From Bugula neritina (taxonomy: Eukaryota; Animalia; Bryozoa), in NCBI GenBank assembly GCA_964035545.1, contig OZ037766.1, positions 8,856,722 to 8,920,721 on the forward strand: 64,000 nt of DNA. The letters are read 5' to 3'. This document shows, piece after piece, positions 49,532 to 64,000 of the stretch. The notes below the pieces were generated by a model. The model was not told the DNA's origin. It ran no database searches and saw nothing but the letters and a program-made list of their open reading frames with translations. Made by a program: the position numbers and the translations under genes. Each line of letters opens with the position of its first letter. Position 1 is the stretch's first letter.

Positions 49532-52256
49532 TTATACAGTGACTATTTGTTTCCCTCCAACATTTTGATATTCTGTTTTGTACATCTGTGGTGCACACAT
49601 GTAGGCTGATTTTGCTCCTGGTGCTAAAAATACATATGATTAGCGTAACTTCCTTATTTAGTTTGTGTTCTCCAAGTAAAAGTGATAATTTGGACATATT
49701 TTGCTTATATGATTTTATATCGCAAAGTTACTGAAGCTAAATATGTAGAAAATTACCTGGAAGCACGAAAGGTGTGTCCACAGGGATGTACACATCTTTC
49801 GCTCTCTTCACATCCATAGGATTCTGATAACGATCTGTCTTCTCAGATTTTAATCCTCTGAAATTTTTAAAAAGGAAACATTTTAAACAGCACTGCTTTC
49901 GAGCTTGATTATTATTATCTAGCAGTATTGCATCACTACTGAATTATCAAAGTGTGTAGTAACTTGATCACACATTTAAAAACCAGTTTTTTGGTTCAAG
50001 TTGCACTTACCCATGTGGTACTGGTACCATCGCGTTTGGCAGTCTAGGAATATACTTTGTTCTGTGTTTAAATTGCATACTATCTACCATTGGAAGCTTT
50101 TCTCGGGGAACTGTGTTTTTCGGTAGAGGACTAAAATGATACGTGCAAACTAAACAAAACTAGCAAAAATATTTTGTGAAGGATTTTTATAGTGTTAGAT
50201 TTGCATGAGTAATAAACTAGATGGACACATTTGCGGGCTGTAGAAACTGTTACAATAACTTTACACAAAATATTCATTATTTCATACTTTTCATGTAGGC
50301 CATGTCCCCACACTTTTGGATACTCTTCACATTCCCAGTACGTGGGTACATTTTTCTCAGGGTAGCCTTTCAACTCCCTTTCTTTGAATTTTCTGTGAGT
50401 TGCTTGATTGGTGGTTGTATACATGTCATTAAGATTGAGCACACCCTTGTCATTTGGATAAATATCTTTACCTGCCATTGCTTCATTTCTGGTAGAGGGC
50501 ACCATTTGCTAAAACAGATATTCCTTATCTTGATAGGTGACTTGTAAAATCTGTTGGCTAAAACACACTAAATAGTATTTTTTACAGGTAACTAACTTAG
50601 TATTATAACAAAATTAATGTCATGAAGCTTTATCTTTTGTGCAACAATTAACAACCTTTGATGGGCCCTCATTTTGGTGAGCTTGCAGATTGTAGGGCTG
50701 TGGTCCACCTTTGAAATCAATGGGCTCTGACAAACCAGGTCGTGCATTAAACTCGGCATGAGTTTCAGATTGCTGATTTCCCATGGTCAGGGGTTTTCTC
50801 CAGCCACCTTTTCCAAGCTGAAAAAGCATTAAGCATTATTTTTACTTTTAATATGTTAGGATTTGTAAATTAATTTCTGTTTATTAAGTTTATGTCAAAA
50901 ATATTGACTGAATTTTTATACAACAAGACCACAAAAATGTTTCAATACTTGCATAGAAGGTAATTTATAAATATTTTCAATGCTTAGATATGCATCACAA
51001 ATAAATGTAAAAACATTTCTTCAACACATTAATGATTGCTGCTCCACTACATCAAATTTTTTTTCCAAGTACCAATGCAAGTATTGTAACTTTTAAAAAT
51101 GAGTATTTAGATTTTAGAGATTATGCAGTCAAAACTATTCTTGGTAAAATATAAAATGAGATAGTTGTTTACAGTATAAATTTTGATTTAATTCTATAAC
51201 CCTACATGGTAATTAGTTACTTTATTGGTACGTAGTGGATTAGAGCAGATGAACAACATATTGCACTATCCATTACTATTTTTATTGTAAGTTAAATCTT
51301 CAGCTCTTGATAATAATTGTTTTTCAACAAGTGTCATAGTAGTGCATATACTGACTTACTTTCTCAGCATGGTCTTTCACATAATTTACTTTATAAAGTG
51401 CTGGTGCTTTTTTGTACACGTTACTTTTTCCATTTCCGTATGGTCCACCTAAAAACTTTCTATCATGAACTTTACCATTTGTAGTTTCAAAGTATCGATC
51501 TTTAGGCATTTCATCCATTTTTGCTAGTACCGGAGGCAATGAATCTTTCATTGTAGACTAAAACATACAAAAAGATGCAGATTATCAAATCAGTAACAGT
51601 ACTATATTTTATAAGCAGGTTTCAAATATTTTAGTCTAAAGTACATGTTTCATATAATCCAATATAGTCACTTTAAGAGCTTGTTGTGGCTCGTGCAACT
51701 GCAGAGAGAATAAAAACAATTAATATATTACACTTGATAGCTTAATGCCTTAATTTAACATATACAGTAAATGCTGCAAATAAGTAAGATATAGGCAAGC
51801 TGTAAGTGTATCTAGTAGTTACAAATTAGTTATACAGACTTAAATTCTAACCCCCACCACAAACAACAAGCTACTTAAAAAACTCACAAGTTTAGAACAA
51901 TAAACACACATTAATAAACTGATACATAAGTTACATAATTCAACATTAAAAGCCTAAAAAGAGCTACATTTTAGACAAATGATAATCTGTGTTAAAAGTT
52001 ATGCTAGGTATTTTGCTCCATTGACTTGTTCTCAAATAGAGCATAATAACTGCGTTTGATTATACATGTAATATAGAATTAAAATTGAAAAAAAAATTCA
52101 TTCCCAACAACTATAAAATATTAGCACTATATTTTTATCAAAGCATACCTTAAAGGTAGTTTCAGGAAAATAGTAACCATCTCTCCAATGATGCCCTACA
52201 CCTGTAGATGTTAGGTGAGTGTCAGTCCTCGAATTAATGTGATGAGAAGGATTCAT
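49532..52256 (-). CDS. Uncharacterised protein (~333 aa), possibly a ciliary microtubule inner protein. Exons 52149-52256, 51360-51557, 50656-50817, 50288-50508, 50011-50130, 49757-49857, 49532-49623
   Basis: Seven GT-AG exons join in frame, from MNPSHHINSRTDTHLTSTGVGHHWRDGYYFP to MYKTEYQNVGGKQIVTV*. Pro/Gly/Tyr-rich with short repeated motifs (FETTNGKVH, SETHAEF, YTTTNQATH, YKTEYQ). The gene model is solid; the function is inferred. Confidence 0.8.
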
Positions 52257-53820
52257 CGTTTTGCTGCTGAAACTACAGTATTTTAGAAGGTCTGCCTTGT
52301 AGGTCCTAATCTAATAAACTGGGTGGCTTCCACTGTTGTAGACTGTAGCTAATCTATCAAAATATTGCCAGTCTGTGTCGCTCACTGTTGTTAAGGAAGT
52401 TGATTTGCATTTTGGGAGCTAGAATTAGCGACTCAAGTATACTTTTGAATGACAACCAATGATGTCAACGCGTGTTTGCCTTTTTAATAATATTAATTTT
52501 AGTATTTGTACTAACAATCGACTTGGCGGCTATAATAATAATACATGATTTTAATTCAAAATATTTATATTATTTACAACCAGAAATAAATTGGGAAAAC
52601 AAATTTGATATTATCAAGTTAGTTCAACTAAAATAGTATAAATAATATATAATGTAAATATTTTAATTTGATTTTTTTTTGTTATTCAATTTTATACTTC
52701 CATAATCATTAAATTTAATCATATTCATATTGATATTCCATTTCATATTGAATTTGATATTCATATTGATAGTTATATTTATATTCATAATGATAAGGAT
52801 TATTACAAAAATTATATGAAAATCAAAATGAGTATGAGTATCACTATCAGTATCTGTATTTAGTTTTAAATTTTTATCAATAAGTGAAATAAGAATGTTT
52901 AAAGTTATGTTTTATTTAATTTATTTATTGTTTATATTTTAAATTTAATTAAGTAAGATTCAAACTGTTAAACTTAGTGTTATAATTTGACTTAGTTAAT
53001 TTAATCATTGATGTAAATCAGTGAATGTAGGCATTACTATCAGTATTATGATCACCATCACTGTTCTTTTTAGAATTACTGCACATTGCCACTGGGAACT
53101 ATAACTTAGAGCCTCATATAATTATTATTAATATTATAATCACAGTATTTTGTTGAGCTTATGTGATCTTAATTCATGCAATGCCATCAGTTATGTGTTA
53201 CTGTTACTGTACCGTGAGTGCAGTTTTGGTGTGCAAGTATAAGCATAAGTCTAACTTGGTTTTAACTACCTTAACATTAGCTGTTTTAGGTGACGATTAG
53301 TAATAATTATGAATGATAATGCTATTTAGTAAATTAATATTTGTGTTGGAATTGAGACCAAATTGAAGTTCAATCATAATTTTAATTGCATGATATGTCA
53401 TAGCTAGGCTAATTGTTAGAATGGTACTCATCATAATGAATATAATTGTGATTTTTGTGAAATAATCAGTAGGCCTGTTTATCATCTCTTAAAATTATTC
53501 AGATACCCATTCTAATTGGATTTGATATTGGTCTTTTGCAGCAGTTAGTTGATGGTTATCTAATACATACGTGAAATACAATGTGTTAGAAAATTGGTTT
53601 ATTAAACTCACATATATATAAAGTAGCAACTAGAAACAAACTAAAATCATTATAATAAGCTAGTTTTCGGATGTTTAAGTTAATTTTTTGACAAATAGGA
53701 ATTTTTTCAGTAGCTTCTACATCATTGAAATACTTGTTTTATATTACAGGTGAAACATAAAACATCTCCTATATAATATGTAGCCACTTATTGTAGTTTC
53801 AGAAAGACATTTTACTGAGT

Positions 53821-59924
<6,104 letters not shown>

Positions 59925-62263
59925 ACTTGGTTTAGTGTAATAATCACTCTAGCTGATTGAGCTATATAGAAACTAAACCATCATTTTACACCACACAAAT
60001 TGTATATGCATCATTGATGTTTATGTATCATACTGCATTTTAAATCTTTCAACTGTACATAGTTATTGATAAATATATATGATTTACAGAATTATTTTCT
60101 ACTGCCTTTGTTTATTACTATCCCACTATTTAGTGTTTCATCAAATTAAATTTCTTACAAGTTATCTTTGCAGATTGATAAAGCAGGTGGTTCAAAAAAT
60201 GTACCATACATATTTCAATTATTTCTGCTGTTAGTTTCATTACCATCCACATTTTTGGCAAAGATATACCATAGAAGTACTTTGGGTACAACATTTTGGA
60301 TATAATTTTGTAATATTATGTAATCCTATATCCTGTGTAATTTTATGAGTTAAAAGAATTTTATATAATTTTTTCTAAAATTCTGTAATATTGATGAATA
60401 ACCAGCCTTTAGAAGGGTTTCAAAGTTATCTGCTCATGCAGGTTGCTGCGGGCATTAATTGCGCTAAGGCATTGTGGTCATACTAAAGTTTAATTGGTTA
60501 CCGATATGTTGTTACCTTAGCCGTCTTACGATAAATAAATTATGAGTGCGCAAAACTTTCAACGTATTCAACACAAATTGTCAAACGTTCTATTTATTTC
60601 AATATTTAATTGATATTTGAAAGTTAAATATTGTTTAGTGTTTGAAATTATAAATACAGCACATATTTAAAAATATTTTACCGTGCAAGCTGAAAAGTCA
60701 GTAAAGAATATTTATGCGCACAGGTATGAACAGGTAGTTGTCTATATACTACTATATACTCTACATTCCTGTGGACGCCAATAGCGATTATAATAAGGCT
60801 GTAGCCAAGTGAGGACTGCATGACTCCTCATAGTCTTTGATTGTGGTAAATTTCATAAAATGGATAGTAAATAGTTAAAAGACCGAGATAAAAAAGGTTG
60901 GAGAAAATTTCAGATAATTACAATTAATAATAATTATAATAATAATACTAATAGTAATAGTAAAAGTAAAACTAAATAAAAATACTAATAGTAAAACTAA
61001 ATCGGTAAGACTAAAAGTAAATGTAATACTAATAGTAATTGTAATACTAATAGTAATACTAATCGTAATAGTAATACTAATAGTTATAGTATTAGTCTAT
61101 TATTAATGCTAATACTAATACTAATAGCAATACTTAATACTTATAGTTATACAGTATAGTGTATACTATTTACTTATACTTATAGTTATACAGGATACTT
61201 ATTAATTAACTTATGCCTATAGTTATAAATAAAAATTATAATAATTTTTATTATTATTATAATTTATACGTAGAACTAATAGAAGAACTATAACTAGTAC
61301 TACTACTAATAGACAATGATGTAAAACTATTTTAATTTTAACGAATTCATTGAGATTGGCTATCAGTATGAGTATCCCAATCAGATTATGATTATCGTTT
61401 TGAGCACGATTGTATTAATAGTAAATTTAATATTAATAATATTAGGCTATGAATAATAATAATTCGAATTCTATTTAATAGGCTCTCAGACTTCCCTCAT
61501 AGAGGTAGTCATAGTATTATTTTTTACATATAATTATATCAATAGACATGGCAATACCAATACTAATAGTAATAGTAATAGTAATAACTAATACTAATAG
61601 ATGGTAGTCTGGTATTTTTAGGTATAGCTGTATCAATATGATTACCTACAGTACTGAGTATTGATTAATGAATCTGTGTAAATCAAGTTCCAAATTTCCC
61701 CCTAATAGATCTTGATAAATCTACAACTATCAGAATTATGAAAATAGAATATCATCACAACTTTGCTGTCATCTTGATTGTAACATTATTTAGCCTACAT
61801 AAACCTTTATTTTTGGAGCATGCAAAAACAGCTTAATAGTTTATCAACCATTTCATTCACTTCATTGAACATATTGCTTAAGTTGCTTGTACAAGTAAAC
61901 CTCAAAGGTTTTGCAATATGTCAATCAATTATGCTTGCTATTTGCTTAGATGAGTCATCAAGCTGATTTCAACCATCTGCTTTGCATTATATCTCTCCAT
62001 TCTCTAATCAAAATATACTTGACAAGTTGATTATTAGAATGCCAAGGTGCTCTAGCCATATTGGACTCTTGTATATCTTTGTAACTAAAGTCAACAGCAT
62101 AATTACCTTAATTAATTGCTGTCTGGCTAAGAATCAAACCACTTGATAACAAATTACTGAAAGTGAGGTCTACCCTTCAATATTTCTATCACCTGTCTCT
62201 ACTTTATTCACATTTTATAATCAACTTGTTATTTTCAATTCAGGTGCCGACTAGCTGTTAAAA

Positions 62264-63903
62264 ATGGCTTTAGTCACAGCTCCAACCAACGGATATCACA
62301 ATGGGATTGATGGGGCTCAAGATACACTCTATCACTGCATGAAGGATTATAAACATGGGCCCAACTCTAGGATGAGTATCACTTTTAACAGTAGCAAAGG
62401 ACTAACCAATGCTCCAGGACAAAACAACTGCTTCCTCAACTCTGCTGTACAGGTGCTTGCAGTTTTCCACAGCTTTATTCATTTTTTCTGTGTAATTACT
62501 TCCCCAATGTTAAAGCACTCATCCATGCTCTGGATTTATACTCGTCTACTAATAAGTTGCTACAGAAATGTAGCTAGGCTGCACTGGTATGCAAGCTGCT
62601 AAATTTAAAATGAACTGAGAAGATAAAATAGGTTTTTAGCAACAATCAAATTTTCAACTTCCCAAAATGAAAAGTTAGAGGATTTAGAGACTGAGCTCTC
62701 TATCTATTAGCTAAGCTAATTTATAGCCTTATGCAACTACAAGGCAACTGTTGAGCCACTGGCATAGCTAGGAACTAAAGACTCCCAAGTGTATAATCTA
62801 TAAACTTTCTTATAGCAGTTAAATTTATTGCTTCGTTGGGCTATTTTAAAGATACACTCTAAACTTTCTTGTAAATAAAAGCTGAAACTAAAAACAGCTA
62901 GCTGATGGTCTCATGAGTTTTCAAATCTCCCCGTTGGTCCTTAAAGTTATACTGCTGTTTTGCCCGACCAAACTTAATGTTCAACTGACAAGATTTAGAG
63001 CTTAATCTGCTTTGTCTTACAAACAGATTTATGGCAACTAAGCTTTATTATGAAAGCAATTCATCTCATTATATTCCTTAATAAAATTTATGTAGGATAT
63101 TTCAGCTATCGTTGATATTAATTGAAATTGAAAGGTTGCAGTTGGCCATTTTTAAATACTTCAAATTAATAGAATTATAAAAGCAATAGACATATGTTGA
63201 TAAAGTAATGTAACAACATACTATCCTATGTATCATAATAGGATAGTGTGCAATGCTTTAATTTAATTTAGAATAAACAGAATCTCTCATCTCAACTTCA
63301 AGTAAACTGAATACAATACAGTTTCCAACTCCTTGTAACCTCCATTACTAAATATATTACAGGTTAAATTTACCAAACTTGTCATGGTGATTTTGATGTA
63401 CACTTTTGCGGTGGCTATAATAACATGGATATTGGCTAGCATGACTTCTCTGTTTTTTTTATTACAGTGTTGCTGGGTTACACAAATTGAAATGGTAGGA
63501 TGGTGCATAAATTAAGAAGTAATAACCCTGTTTGATCAATTACCCCAGTATAATCTATGAGACTTGGTTCAGGATTTAATTTTTCATATGCTGTATATGA
63601 AAATGGCCTATGTGATTTACACTTTATATTCAAGTTATATTCCATAAAATACTTTATAGACCTGTTTGAATTTAAAAGTTCATATTACATCATATGTTGT
63701 TTTATGTGCCTGTATGTTTTTGTACATATTTTTATGTGTTTAGAAAATGATAATTTTCGCCCGTTTTTATCTATCAGCACATAGTAAGGATGACATGCAT
63801 GTGCTTGCAGGTGCTATGGCATTTGGATGCGTTTAGGAGGAGCTTCCGGCTGCTTTCAGGTCATTCATGCATGGGCAATGCATGTATTTTCTGTGCCCTC
63901 AAG
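62264..63903 (+). CDS. USP53/USP54-like ubiquitin-specific peptidase, 5' part (exons 62264-62452, 63811-63903; continues beyond the window)
   Basis: [19 protein letters not shown]|[31 protein letters not shown] matches the Cys-box of the USP53/54 (echinus) subfamily. Confidence 0.9.
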
Positions 63904-64000
63904 GTGAGGAGATTGTTACTTCTAATTTTCGATAATTTGTAAAAAGTTGGTGATGCAGGAAATTACTAAAATGGGCTAAAATCACCCTTTTACATAAACC

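Overview
AT-rich, intron-rich animal genomic DNA, probably from a lophotrochozoan-type invertebrate (inferred from gene types; the species cannot be determined here). I reconstructed eight spliced protein-coding genes by hand from GT-AG boundaries and frame continuity: CCR4/CNOT6 deadenylase (+), TMEM72-like (-), glyoxylate/hydroxypyruvate reductase-like (-), a stand-alone SRA/YDG-domain gene (-), an NR1-type nuclear receptor (+), an uncharacterised, possibly axonemal protein (-), DDX42 (+) and the 5' part of a USP53/54-like gene (+). Mobile DNA includes a complete, very young Ty1/Copia element (apparently identical 272-bp LTRs, 5-bp TSD) inserted in the 3' end of a LINE fragment, a second older LINE fragment, two hAT-type MITEs, a family of long-TIR MITEs, a foldback element and an LTR-like remnant. 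The most interesting signal is in the SRA gene: a second, frame-preserving 102-nt candidate exon (30732-30833) sits just downstream of the exon for the DNA-contacting finger loop. It keeps the DLK and KDQxL anchors through synonymous codon changes but swaps the loop, which suggests a methyl-DNA reader with a splice-switchable finger. Other notable items are a probable LRR-less CCR4 isoform from an internal promoter, a 536-bp inverted copy of one gene's exon/intron inside the SRA gene, and hexamer arrays in putative 5'-UTR introns.
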